Origin: Verrucomicrobiota bacterium
Lineage (GTDB): Bacteria; Verrucomicrobiota; Verrucomicrobiia; Limisphaerales; SXTU01
DNA length: 64,000 nucleotides
Direction: 5' to 3'
NCBI GenBank assembly: GCA_016235545.1
Contig: JACRKB010000032.1
Span: forward strand, 190-64,189
Under the pieces are notes generated by a model. It saw nothing but the letters and a program-made list of their open reading frames with translations. It was not told the DNA's origin and did not search any database. Position 1 is the stretch's first letter. Every line of letters starts with the position of its first letter. The translations under genes and the position numbers were made by a program. Below, piece by piece: positions 1 to 9,233 of this stretch.

Positions 1-1351
1 CGAACTCGCCACGGCGGAGGATGTGGACAGGCGTGGGCTTGGCAGTGTCGAAGACGGCGTGGATTTGCGGTGGCACGGGGCGGCGGGCGTTGATGGCGGC
101 GATTTCCTTGTCGAGCCGTTCCCACTCGGCCTTGTCGGGCGGCGTGAGCGCTGCGCGAACTTCGTCGGTGGTCAAACGCAGCAGCCGCTCGAAGCGCCCG
201 ACGAGGCGGCGCTGTTCCTCGGAGCGATTCTCAAAGGGCGTGCGCGCCGCGATCCGCGCCTCGGCCCGGAGTTCCGCCGGCACGCGCGGCAGGCGGGCTT
301 CGAGCAACTGGTCGCGGTAGAGGTCGCGGATGGCTAGCTGCGCTTTCTTCAGAGCAGCCACCTCGGCATCCAACGCGGCGAGCTGTTTCGCGTGCGTCAG
401 TTGAACGGATTTTGGAAGGTCGGTGATCACGCGGTCCTTGGGGCGCAGCCAGGCTTGCGGATTGAAGGCGGGCGCGAAGTGGGCGAGGAGGCTGAAATAA
501 TCGCGCTGGGTGAGCGGCTCGTATTTGTGGTCGTGGCAGCGGGCGCAGTTGAGCGTGAGGCCGAGGAGATTGCCGGCGACGGTCTCGACGGTTTCTTGGA
601 GGAGGATGTGGTGGATGTCAGGGGTGTTCGTCTCGTCGGCATCGGTCGTGTCTGCGGCGATGCGCAGAAATCCCGTGGCGGTGAGCAGCGTCCGCATTAC
701 CACGGTTAGGACATCAGCACCGCGCCAGTCCACAAGCTCGTCACCAGCGAGTTGCTCGATGAGGAAGCGATCAAAGGGTTTGTCCGCGTTGAACGACTCG
801 ATGACATAGTCACGATAGCGCCACTTGTCGGCAGCGACGGGGACGTTGATGGGATCGTTGTCATGGTCCAGCACATCCACGTAGCCGACGGCGTCAAGCC
901 ACCAGCGGGCCCAACGCTCGCCGAACTGGGGCGTGCTCAGGAGCCGCTCGACGGCGCGGCTCTCGCTTTCCCGCTTTCCCGCTTTCCCACTTTCTCCCGT
1001 GGCAGGCGAGTGGGTGTGAGAGTGAGAGGGTGTGAGGGCGGGAGCGAACGTGTCGGCCTCCTCCGGGCTTGGCGGGAGGCCGGTGAGGTCGAAGGTGAGG
1101 CGACGGAGCAGCACATTGGCGGACGCGGCGGGTGAGAGGCGCAGGCCGGCGGCGTCGAGCCGGGCGACGACGAAGGCGTCCACGGGGTTGCGGATGCGGG
1201 AGCCGTCTTTGACTGCTGGAATGCTCTGCGGCGAGAGAGGCTGGAATGCCCAGTGGTTGGAAGTGGCCGCGGCGGCGGCGCTGTCGGTCTGGGCTGCGAC
1301 GCAAAGCAGCGCGCACGAGGTGAAGCGCACAAGATGTTGCCGGAGTCGCAT
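1..1351 (-). CDS. DUF1549/DUF1553 (planctomycete cytochrome-c-like, PSCyt2/PSD1) secreted protein; 3' end runs off the window
   Basis: Manual translation from ATG at 1351 (absent from the ORF track because there is no stop in the window): signal peptide MRLRQHLVRFTSCALLCVAA, then HWAFQP, NPVDAFV, LLRRLTFDLTGLPP, FGERWARWWLD, YRDYVIESFNADKPFDRFLIEQLAGD and LGLTLNCARCHDHKYEP (CxxCH). Confidence 0.85.
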   Translation of the reverse strand, partial: MRLRQHLVRFTSCALLCVAAQTDSAAAAATSNHWAFQPLSPQSIPAVKDGSRIRNPVDAFVVARLDAAGLRLSPAASANVLLRRLTFDLTGLPPSPEEADTFAPALTPSHSHTHSPATGESGKAGKRESESRAVERLLSTPQFGERWARWWLDAVGYVDVLDHDNDPINVPVAADKWRYRDYVIESFNADKPFDRFLIEQLAGDELVDWRGADVLTVVMRTLLTATGFLRIAADTTDADETNTPDIHHILLQETVETVAGNLLGLTLNCARCHDHKYEPLTQRDYFSLLAHFAPAFNPQAWLRPKDRVITDLPKSVQLTHAKQLAALDAEVAALKKAQLAIRDLYRDQLLEARLPRVPAELRAEARIAARTPFENRSEEQRRLVGRFERLLRLTTDEVRAALTPPDKAEWERLDKEIAAINARRPVPPQIHAVFDTAKPTPVHILRRGEF

Positions 1352-1504
1352 GGTGGCCTGAGTCGCGGGAAGTTTCGCCAGCACAACGGCGAAAGCAACG
1401 GGGAGTTTTCCGGAAGCGCTCCAAAACGGTGGCCATCGGCCTCTGTTGAAGCGACTGCTCAAAACCAGACTTGCCCCGCCGGACCTGCGCGTCCGCGTTC
1501 CACT

Positions 1505-2008
1505 TCACTTCCCGCGCTTCGGAGATTTCTCGGCGGCATCGCGGCAGGCGATGGCTACGGCGGCAAGCTGCGTGAGGAAGGCTTCGCGTTCTCCATCCGG
1601 CAGGACGGTCAGGACACTGGCTTGCAGCTCGATGGCGAGCTGGCGCAGTTGCTTGTAGAGGAGCCTGCCAGCGGGCTTCACGCGGATACGGTAGGCTCGG
1701 CGGTCTTTCTCGTGCGCAAGTCGCTCGATCCAGCCGGCGGCCTCCATCCGCTCGACAAGCGAGGCGATGGTGTTCGGGTCGCTGCTCATCATCTGGGTCA
1801 GCTCGCCTTGCGTGATGCCTTTCGGATCCGCCTCGGTGAGGCAGCGCAGGGCGGTGAACTGGTCGGGCGTCGCCTTCGTGTGCGCGATGCGCCGGCGGAA
1901 AGCCTGGTTCAAGCCATACCAGGCGCGGCGGAGCAGGGGCGGCAGCCGTCGGCGGTCGGGCGAGTCAATCGGGGGGGCGGAACGTTTTGAATTTGGGCGG
2001 GCAGGCAT
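1505..2008 (-). CDS. MarR family transcriptional regulator
   Basis: TPDQFTALRCL...ITQGELTQMMSSDPNTIASLVERMEAAGWIER...DRRAYRIRV winged-helix signature; start trimmed to ATG at 2008. Confidence 0.9.
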   Translation of the reverse strand: MPARPNSKRSAPPIDSPDRRRLPPLLRRAWYGLNQAFRRRIAHTKATPDQFTALRCLTEADPKGITQGELTQMMSSDPNTIASLVERMEAAGWIERLAHEKDRRAYRIRVKPAGRLLYKQLRQLAIELQASVLTVLPDGEREAFLTQLAAVAIACRDAAEKSPKRGK

Positions 2009-2032
2009 GGGTCGGAAACTGGGTGTGCGGAT

Positions 2033-2051
2033 AATACGTGTCCGTAGTATT
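2033..2051. promoter_or_regulatory. Candidate MarR operator in the divergent marR/beta-propeller intergenic region
   Basis: AT-rich imperfect palindrome AATACGTGTCCGTAGTATT (AATAC/GTATT and TACG/CGTA arms) between the divergent starts. Confidence 0.45.
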
Positions 2052-2174
2052 TGGTTGCACTGCGCCCGGCACTGTGGAAAATCACCGCAACGCTGGGAAG
2101 AAAAATAGTTGCCGCCCGGTGTGTGTTTGCCAACGTAGCCGCCGCTTTTGCCATCGACTTGAACGCTTAAGGCC

Positions 2175-4502
2175 ATGAAACCACTCACCCCCGTCCTCCT
2201 CGCCTTGCTCTGCGCCTGCTCGCCGACGCAGCCCGCCTTCACCGCTCCCGCCGCCGGCCCCGTGAAGGGCTGGCTCGCGTGGCGCGGGCCCAACCAGAAT
2301 GGCTCCTCCGCCGAGAAGGGCCTGCCATCCTCGGTTGATCCGAAGAAGCCGCTCTGGACCGCCAGCTTCCCCGGCCAGTCCGCGCCGGTCATCGCCAACG
2401 GAAAGCTCTACATCATGGGCTACCTCGGCGAGGGCGCGGAGTTGCAGGAGGGTGTGCGTTGCCTCGACGCCGAGACGGGCAAGCTGATTTGGGAGAAGCG
2501 TTACACGGACTTCCTTTCCGACACGATTTACCTGCGCTACGCGACGAGCAGCCCGGCGGTGGACCCGGAGACGGGCAATGTCTATGCGCTCGGCACGCAG
2601 GGGTTGCTCAAGGCGTTCACGGCAGACGGCAAGGAGCTGTGGGGCTATTCGATGATGGAGCAGTTCGGGCGGCTCACGTTCCCGAACTCGCGCACAGCCT
2701 CGCCGCTGATTGACGGTGAACTCGTCATCGTGCGCGGCATCACCTCGAACTGGGGCAACCAAGGCGCTGCGGGCGACCGGCTTTACGCCTTCGACAAGAA
2801 GACCGGCGAACTCGTCTGGGCTTGCTGGTCGGGCGAGCGGCCCAAGGACAATTCCTTCTCCCATCCCGTGCTGACGTGGTTCAAAGGCAAGCGCGTCCTC
2901 ATCACCGCGACGGGTGACGGCAACGTGCTCTGCGCGAACGCCCGAACTGGCGAGCCCATCTGGCGCGTGCCGCTCTTCAAGGCGGGCATCAACTCCACCA
3001 CCGTCGTCCACAACAACGACAAGGTCGTCGCCATCTTCGGCACACCCTACGAGCCGGGCCAGATGGTGTGCATGAAGATTCCGCAGGTGGAGCCGACGCA
3101 CGCGACGAACGCGCCGGTGGTCGTCGAGCGGCAGGCGGTTGAGCTGTGGCACACGCCTGAGATTTCCACCTCCACGAGCCACCCGATTCTTGTCGGCGAC
3201 CGCGTGTATGTCGTGGCGGAGAAGGGCGACCTCTGCTGCGTGGATGTGAACTCCGGGAAGATTCTCTGGCGCGTGAAGCTGGGCATCGAGCAGCGCAACG
3301 CCGGCCTTGTCCACGCGGACGGCAAGCTCTACGTGCCCATGCTCGACGACCCCGCGAGCAAGGGGACAGGCGACAGCGAGACGGGCTCAAGCGGCGCGTT
3401 CTACATCATCGAGCCAAGCGACAAGGAGGGGAAGATTCTCAGCCATGTCGCACTAGAAGGCCGCTGCTTCGGCACCCCTGCGGTCTATGACGGCAAGGTG
3501 TATATGCAGACCACCAAGAAGCTCTACTGCTTCGGCAAGTCAGGCAGCAACCCCGGCCTGCCGCCTGAGCCTGCCCCTGTCAAGTGGCCGGCAGCCGGCA
3601 AGGCAACGCAGCTCCAAGTCATCCCAAGCGAGGTGCTGCTCAAGCCCGGCCAGACCGCGTCCTTCCGCATCCGGTCGCTCGACGCAAATGGGTTTGTCGT
3701 GCAGGACAACATCGACCCGAAGAAGGTGAAATGGGCCGGATACATCCCGCCGACGGCGAAGGTGCGCGCGAGCATGAAGGGCGCGTTCAACCCGAGCGGC
3801 CAGCTCGTCGCCGGGCCGGACGTGGTGCCCAGCGCGGGCGCGTTCGAGGGGACGCTGGAGGGAATGAAGGGCTACATCCGCGGCCGCGTGCTTCCGGGCC
3901 TGCCCATCAAGGAAGACTTCGAGGGCTTCGACGTTGCAGTGACGCATGAGACGGAGGAAGGCGTGAAGTTCGCCTATCCGCCGCTGCCGTGGATTGGGCC
4001 GCGCTTCAAATTCGAGGTGCGCCAGACTGACAACTCGAAGTCACTCGTGAAGACGATTGACAACAAGTTTTTCCAGCGCGCCTACGCATTTCTCGGCGAG
4101 CCGAGCTTGAAGAACTACACAGTGCAGACCGACGTGATGAGCGAGGGCAAGGCGCGCAAGATGTCCGAGGTCGGCCAGGTCAACCAGCGCTACCTCATCG
4201 TGCTCAAGGGCAACGCGCAGGAACTCGAGGTGAACTCAAACCAGGAGCGGCTCAAGGTCGCCGTGCCCTTCAAGTGGAAGGCGAACGAGTGGATGACTCT
4301 CAAGTCCCGCGTGGACGTGAAGCCCGACGGCTCCGGCGTGGTGCGCGCGAAGGCCTGGAAGCGTGGCGAGCCGGAGCCTGCCGCGTGGACCATCGAGGTG
4401 CCGCACAAGATAGCGCACCAGCAAGGCTGCCCCGGCCTCTACGGCTTCGCCCCGCAGGAGATGCGCGTCTTCATTGACAACGTCAGCGTGACGGCGAACT
4501 GA
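2175..4502 (+). CDS. PQQ-binding-like (BamB-type) beta-propeller lipoprotein with a C-terminal beta-sandwich domain
   Basis: Lipobox-like LLCAC, WLAWRGPNQNG, repeated CLDAETGKLIW / AFDKKTGELVW blades; 775 aa. Confidence 0.8.
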   Translation: MKPLTPVLLALLCACSPTQPAFTAPAAGPVKGWLAWRGPNQNGSSAEKGLPSSVDPKKPLWTASFPGQSAPVIANGKLYIMGYLGEGAELQEGVRCLDAETGKLIWEKRYTDFLSDTIYLRYATSSPAVDPETGNVYALGTQGLLKAFTADGKELWGYSMMEQFGRLTFPNSRTASPLIDGELVIVRGITSNWGNQGAAGDRLYAFDKKTGELVWACWSGERPKDNSFSHPVLTWFKGKRVLITATGDGNVLCANARTGEPIWRVPLFKAGINSTTVVHNNDKVVAIFGTPYEPGQMVCMKIPQVEPTHATNAPVVVERQAVELWHTPEISTSTSHPILVGDRVYVVAEKGDLCCVDVNSGKILWRVKLGIEQRNAGLVHADGKLYVPMLDDPASKGTGDSETGSSGAFYIIEPSDKEGKILSHVALEGRCFGTPAVYDGKVYMQTTKKLYCFGKSGSNPGLPPEPAPVKWPAAGKATQLQVIPSEVLLKPGQTASFRIRSLDANGFVVQDNIDPKKVKWAGYIPPTAKVRASMKGAFNPSGQLVAGPDVVPSAGAFEGTLEGMKGYIRGRVLPGLPIKEDFEGFDVAVTHETEEGVKFAYPPLPWIGPRFKFEVRQTDNSKSLVKTIDNKFFQRAYAFLGEPSLKNYTVQTDVMSEGKARKMSEVGQVNQRYLIVLKGNAQELEVNSNQERLKVAVPFKWKANEWMTLKSRVDVKPDGSGVVRAKAWKRGEPEPAAWTIEVPHKIAHQQGCPGLYGFAPQEMRVFIDNVSVTAN

Positions 4503-4543
4503 AAACTTTTCCGACGACAACACCGCTCCAAATCGAAACCAGC

Positions 4544-6130
4544 ATGAAACACCTCTCCATCATCACCGCCGCGCTGCTCACGGGCGGAATCATCTCTCAC
4601 GCGCAGGACTGGACCCAGTGGGGCGGCGCGCAGCATCGGAACATGTATTCCCCGGCCAAGGGCCTGCCGGACCGCTTCGATCCGGGCAAGCTCGTCAAGG
4701 GCACGGAGAACTACGACCCCGCCACGCAGAAGAACGTGAAGTTCACCGTGAAGCTCGGCTCCCAGAGCTACGGCAACCCCACCATCGCCAGCGGCCGCAT
4801 CTACGTCGGCACCAACAACGATGTGCCGCGCGACACGCGCCACCTCGGTGACCGCTCCATTCTCCTGTGCCTTGACGAGAAATCCGGCGCACTCAACTGG
4901 CAGCTCGTCGTCTCCAAGCTCAAGTCCGGCAAGGTCAACGACTGGGAAAGCCTCGGCCTCTTCTCCTCCGCCGTCATCGAGGGCAACCGCCTCTACGTCG
5001 TCACCACCCGCTGCGAGATTCTCTGCCTCGATGTCGAGGGCATGGCCAACGGCAACGACGGCCCTTACAAGGACGAGGCCAAATACGTCGTGCAGGACGT
5101 GCTTGGCGCGGACGGCAAGGCGGCACCTCCCATCCCGCCCGGCCCGAAGGACGCCGACATCATCTGGCGCTACGACATGATGGATGAGCTGGGTGTCTTC
5201 CCGCACAACGCCTCCAATTGTTCCATCCTCATCATCGGCGACATCCTCTACGTCTCCACCTCCAACGGACAGGACTGGACTCACGTCAACGTCCCCTCCC
5301 CGCTTTCGCCCAGCCTCATCGCGGTCAACAAGAAGACCGGCGAACTCCTCGGCGAGGACGATGCGAAGATTGGTTCCCGGCTTTTCCACGGCCAGTGGAG
5401 TTCGCCCTCGACCGGAAAGGTCAACGGCAAGGACCTCGTCTTCTTCGGCGGTGGCGAGGGCTTCTGCTACGCCTTCGACGCGATCCCAAGGAAGGAAGCC
5501 GACGGTTCGTTCCTGAAGACAGTCTGGAAATACGACGCCAACCCGCCCGAATACAAGGCCAAGGACGGCAAGCCCATCAAGTATCCCGCCGCCGAAGGCC
5601 CGAGCGAAATCATCGCCACGCCGGTGTTCTGGAAGAACCGCATCTACGTCGCCACCGGGCAGGACCCCGAGCACGGCGAAGGCGTCGGCCACCTCGTCTG
5701 CCTTGATGCCACCAAGACCGGCGACATCACCAAGACCGGCGTCCTCTGGGAGTTCAAGGGCATCAACCGCAGCATCTCGACGGTCTCCATCGACCCCGCC
5801 ACCGGCCTGCTCTTCGTCGGCGACTTCTCCGGCTTCGTCTATTGCATCGACTCCGAGACGGGCAAGCTGCACTGGAAGTATGACATGAAGGCGCATATGT
5901 GGGGCAGCACCATGGTCGCCGACGGCAAGGTCTATGTCGGCGACGAGGACGGCGACTTCGTGGTGCTCGCCGCAAAGGGCGGGGCGAAGGCCGAGGTCCT
6001 GAGCGAGTGCAACCTCGGCGCACCGGTCTATTCCACGCCCGTCATCGCCAACGGCGTCATCTACATCGCCAGCAACTCGCACCTCTTCGGCCTGCACGAC
6101 GCCGCAAAGGCGAAGGCACCGAAGCCCTGA
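4544..6130 (+). CDS. PQQ-binding-like beta-propeller secreted protein
   Basis: Signal peptide, DWTQWGG, repeated CLDEKSGALNW / CIDSETGKLHW blades; 528 aa. Confidence 0.85.
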   Translation: MKHLSIITAALLTGGIISHAQDWTQWGGAQHRNMYSPAKGLPDRFDPGKLVKGTENYDPATQKNVKFTVKLGSQSYGNPTIASGRIYVGTNNDVPRDTRHLGDRSILLCLDEKSGALNWQLVVSKLKSGKVNDWESLGLFSSAVIEGNRLYVVTTRCEILCLDVEGMANGNDGPYKDEAKYVVQDVLGADGKAAPPIPPGPKDADIIWRYDMMDELGVFPHNASNCSILIIGDILYVSTSNGQDWTHVNVPSPLSPSLIAVNKKTGELLGEDDAKIGSRLFHGQWSSPSTGKVNGKDLVFFGGGEGFCYAFDAIPRKEADGSFLKTVWKYDANPPEYKAKDGKPIKYPAAEGPSEIIATPVFWKNRIYVATGQDPEHGEGVGHLVCLDATKTGDITKTGVLWEFKGINRSISTVSIDPATGLLFVGDFSGFVYCIDSETGKLHWKYDMKAHMWGSTMVADGKVYVGDEDGDFVVLAAKGGAKAEVLSECNLGAPVYSTPVIANGVIYIASNSHLFGLHDAAKAKAPKP

Positions 6131-6167
6131 ACAACAATCCACCACAAACAATTCCTGACCTGACCCC

Positions 6168-7250
6168 ATGCCCATCCCCACCGTAGCCCCTGAACTCGTC
6201 GCCAAGGCCAAGGCCGAACTCGACGCCCACCTCCGCGAAATCGTCCAGTGGCATTTCAGCCCCGAGACCGGCTGCCCCTACTGGCTCGATTGGGCCAGCA
6301 AGAACTTCGACCCTCGCAAGGAAGTCGCGAAGATCGAAGACCTGCTAAAATTCGGGCATTTCGCCGACGAATCCCTGCGCGACCTCCAGCCCGAGGTTTG
6401 GGTGCCCGCCGCGTTCAAGGGCAAGCCGTTCAACATCTTCGAGACCGGCGGCACCACCGGCATGCCCAAGCAGCGCATCGGCTGGAACGACTACAAGGTG
6501 GATTACTCCGAGTTCAGCGAGAAGATTTCCGACGCGCACTTCCCGCGCGGCGGCGCTTGGCTGATGATGGGGCCGACCGGCCCCCGCCGCCTCCGCCTCG
6601 CCATCGAGCACCTCGCCAACGTGCGCGGCAGCTCCTGCTACTTCATCGACCTCGACCCGCGCTTCGTGAAGAAGCTCATCACCAACAAGCAATTCGACGT
6701 GGCCAAGCAATACATGGCCCATGTCGTGGACCAGGCCACCCTCATCCTCAAGCACCGCAAGGTCACCGGCCTCTTCACCACGCCCAAGCTCCTCGAGGCC
6801 ATCGCCGAGAAGGTCAACCTCTGGGACGCCGGCATTCGCGGCGTCTTCTGCGGCGGCACCTCCATGAAGCCGCAGGAAGTCCGCTTCATCGTCGAGGAGC
6901 TGCTCGAAAACCGCATCGGCTTCTACCCGACTTACGGCAACACGCTCATGGGCCTCGCTGCCAGCGTCCCGCTCCAGCCCGAGGACAACTTCAGCGTCAC
7001 CTACTACGCCCCGCAGCCCCGCGCAGTCCTGCGCGTCGTGAACCCCGACGCGACCGACGAGACCGTGGCCTACGACACCTGGGGCCGCGCCGAGCTCACC
7101 ACGCTGACGAAGGAATTCTTCATGCCGCGCTTCCTTGAGCGCGATGAAGTCATCCGCCGCGCCCCGCGCCCGCCCTACGCGTGGGACGGCGTCGGCGATG
7201 TGCGCCCCTTCGGCGCGATGACCAAGACCATCGTCGAAGGCGTTTACTGA
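6168..7250 (+). CDS. EhpF/EsmB-like atypical ANL-superfamily adenylating enzyme ('phenazine antibiotic biosynthesis protein'-like)
   Basis: WHFSPETGCPYWL N-terminus, A3-like loop ETGGTTGMPK, A5-like YGNTLMG; 360 aa, too short to include the usual C-terminal ANL subdomain. Confidence 0.7.
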   Translation: MPIPTVAPELVAKAKAELDAHLREIVQWHFSPETGCPYWLDWASKNFDPRKEVAKIEDLLKFGHFADESLRDLQPEVWVPAAFKGKPFNIFETGGTTGMPKQRIGWNDYKVDYSEFSEKISDAHFPRGGAWLMMGPTGPRRLRLAIEHLANVRGSSCYFIDLDPRFVKKLITNKQFDVAKQYMAHVVDQATLILKHRKVTGLFTTPKLLEAIAEKVNLWDAGIRGVFCGGTSMKPQEVRFIVEELLENRIGFYPTYGNTLMGLAASVPLQPEDNFSVTYYAPQPRAVLRVVNPDATDETVAYDTWGRAELTTLTKEFFMPRFLERDEVIRRAPRPPYAWDGVGDVRPFGAMTKTIVEGVY

Positions 7251-7272
7251 CAAGCCCAGTGGCGGACGAATG

Positions 7273-7313
7273 TTCTCCCTCTCCCGGCGGGAGAGTGCCG
7301 GGGTGAGGGAGAA
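7273..7313. repeat. REP-like palindrome (CCCTCTCCC...GGGAGAG...GGTGAGGG family)
   Basis: TTCTCCCTCTCCCGGCGGGAGAGTGCCGGGGTGAGGGAGAA just after the operon; related sequence at 52660-52780. Confidence 0.65.
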
Positions 7314-7690
7314 CGGCCCCGAGATCAGCAGTCGCAGGCTTCCGCTCACACTCTCACACCCGCCCCTCCCCTCAGTGCCGCCACCAATGGCCGGCTCGCG
7401 GGGGCTGCGGCCATGCTAACCCACGGGGTCGCGATCGCGTCGCGCCACCATTGGCAATCGGGCCTACTTCCGCGTCATGCACGCGGGGATTTTAGCACGC
7501 CACACGCGCCGCCCAAACCCAGTTACTCACTCGCCGGCAAAGGCTCTGTGGCCTGTTCAGGTGCTAACCATGCTCCGCTGATCAACGGGAGGATCAAGAT
7601 TAGGATCAGGATTACGAGCAGGAGACTAAAACCACCCCACACTTGACGCTCCCCCTGCCCCGCTTCTACGTTGCGCCCAATCAAAACCCC

Positions 7691-9079
7691 ATGAACTCCA
7701 CCGAGCCAGCCATCCGCGAGTTCGCCAACCGCATCACGGCGTTGCTCATCTTCCGCACCGCGCTGCGCTGCGCGACCGTGTGGCTGCTCGGCGTCGGCGT
7801 CGCCGTGCTCGTGGCACGAGTGACGGGCTTGGTGGCGTCGCACTGGCTCATCGGCGGGTTGGCGGGCTTGGTGCCCGTCATCGCGGGAGCAGCGTGGATC
7901 GAGTGGCAGCGCCGCCCACAGCTCGCCACCGTGCGCGCGGCAATGGACCGCCACAACCACTCCGGAGGTCTCCTCATGGCCGCCGCGCAGGCCGATGTCT
8001 CCGCGTGGCAGAACGGCTCAAAGCCGACGCAGCCCACCGTGCGCTGGAACAGCGGCCGGCCCATGACTCTCTTCTGCGCGGCGGCGCTCTTCCTCGGCGC
8101 GTCCATGATGATGCCGGAACGCTTCATCGTCGGCGCAGCGCAGCGTCCGCTCGACGTGGGCAAGCTGGTCACGGAATTGACCGAGCAAATCACCGCGCTC
8201 GAGGAGGAAAAGATTTTGCCGGAGGACAAGGCGCTTGAACTCAAGAAGGAACTCGCCCGCCTCGGCAAGGAATCCGCCGCGAAGGACCCCGCCAAGACCT
8301 GGGAATCCCTCGACCACCTCAAGCAATCCAACAGCGACCTCGCCAAGCAGGCCGCCGAGGAAGCCATCCAGAAGACCGACGCCATGAAGCAGGCCGAAAC
8401 CCTCGCCGCCGCGCTGGGCCTCCTGCCGGACTCCGCGTCCTCGCTGCTGGAGCGCGCCATGCAGGACCTCGCCTCGCTCCTCCAGCAGGCGAAGCTGGAG
8501 CAGGGCCTCCTCGCCGCGAAGCTCCCCGAGGAACTCCTCAAGGCCGCGAAGGAAGGCAAGCTCAACGCCGAGCAGCTCAAAGAATTGATGAAGGCGCTCC
8601 AGGCCAACAAGGACAAGCTGGGCGATGTCCTCAACAAGCTCGCGAACCTCAAGATGATTGACCCCAAGCTCCTCGAAGCCTGCAAGAACGCCGGCCAATG
8701 CCCGAACCCTGCCGGCCTCGCCGCCTTCCTCGCCGAGAACGGCGCGAACCTCGATTCCGTCCTGCTCGTCGTGCAGTCCTTCAGCCAGGGCGGCGTGGGT
8801 CGCGGTCGCGGCGACGCCCCGCTGACGTGGACCGACCCGTCGGACGAGTCGGGCATGAAGTTTAAGGACACCGCGCTGCCGATGGGGCCGCTCAGCGGCC
8901 TGAAGGACGCGCAACTCGTGGGCATCAGCCGCAGCGCGCCCGAGGTGACCGGCGACAAGGAAACCGCCTCAGCCGGTGCCCTCGCCGGAGCCGAAGCCGG
9001 CGGCGGCGCGGCGAACGTCCAACAACTCCTCCCCCGCCACAAAGGCGCGGTGCAACGGTTCTTCAAGCGGGAGAATTAA
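7691..9079 (+). CDS. Hypothetical membrane-anchored coiled-coil protein
   Basis: Three N-terminal hydrophobic segments, long K/E/L/A helical region, GVGRGRGDAPL motif and LLPRHKGAVQRFF C-terminus. Confidence 0.7.
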   Translation: MNSTEPAIREFANRITALLIFRTALRCATVWLLGVGVAVLVARVTGLVASHWLIGGLAGLVPVIAGAAWIEWQRRPQLATVRAAMDRHNHSGGLLMAAAQADVSAWQNGSKPTQPTVRWNSGRPMTLFCAAALFLGASMMMPERFIVGAAQRPLDVGKLVTELTEQITALEEEKILPEDKALELKKELARLGKESAAKDPAKTWESLDHLKQSNSDLAKQAAEEAIQKTDAMKQAETLAAALGLLPDSASSLLERAMQDLASLLQQAKLEQGLLAAKLPEELLKAAKEGKLNAEQLKELMKALQANKDKLGDVLNKLANLKMIDPKLLEACKNAGQCPNPAGLAAFLAENGANLDSVLLVVQSFSQGGVGRGRGDAPLTWTDPSDESGMKFKDTALPMGPLSGLKDAQLVGISRSAPEVTGDKETASAGALAGAEAGGGAANVQQLLPRHKGAVQRFFKREN

Positions 9080-9233
9080 CCTCCCCTTCGCAGGCTTAAG
9101 CCCGCGCTTCAGCGTTTTCTCCGACGCGCAGGCTGAAGAGTGCGACTACGACGCCTCCTCCCGCGCTCGACGGAGTCCTTTGCGCTCGACCCTGCTGGCA
9201 CCGGTGTTTAGCGTGCGCGCCTTTGCGGAACTC

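Noticed and set aside
2175-6130. Calling the propeller proteins PQQ-dependent dehydrogenases or BamB
   Set aside because: Only generic blade motifs are visible; no catalytic signature or bam operon context
6168-7250. Phenazine biosynthetic gene cluster
   Set aside because: No phzA/B, D, E, F or G homologues in the window
7490-7570. TTAGCAC ... GTGCTAA resembling a CIRCE element
   Set aside because: Half-sites are about 60 nt apart rather than 9, and no chaperone gene follows
8976-9233. N-terminal extension of ArgS in the ORF track
   Set aside because: Overlaps the upstream gene and looks non-coding; ATG 9234 gives a normal-length ArgRS
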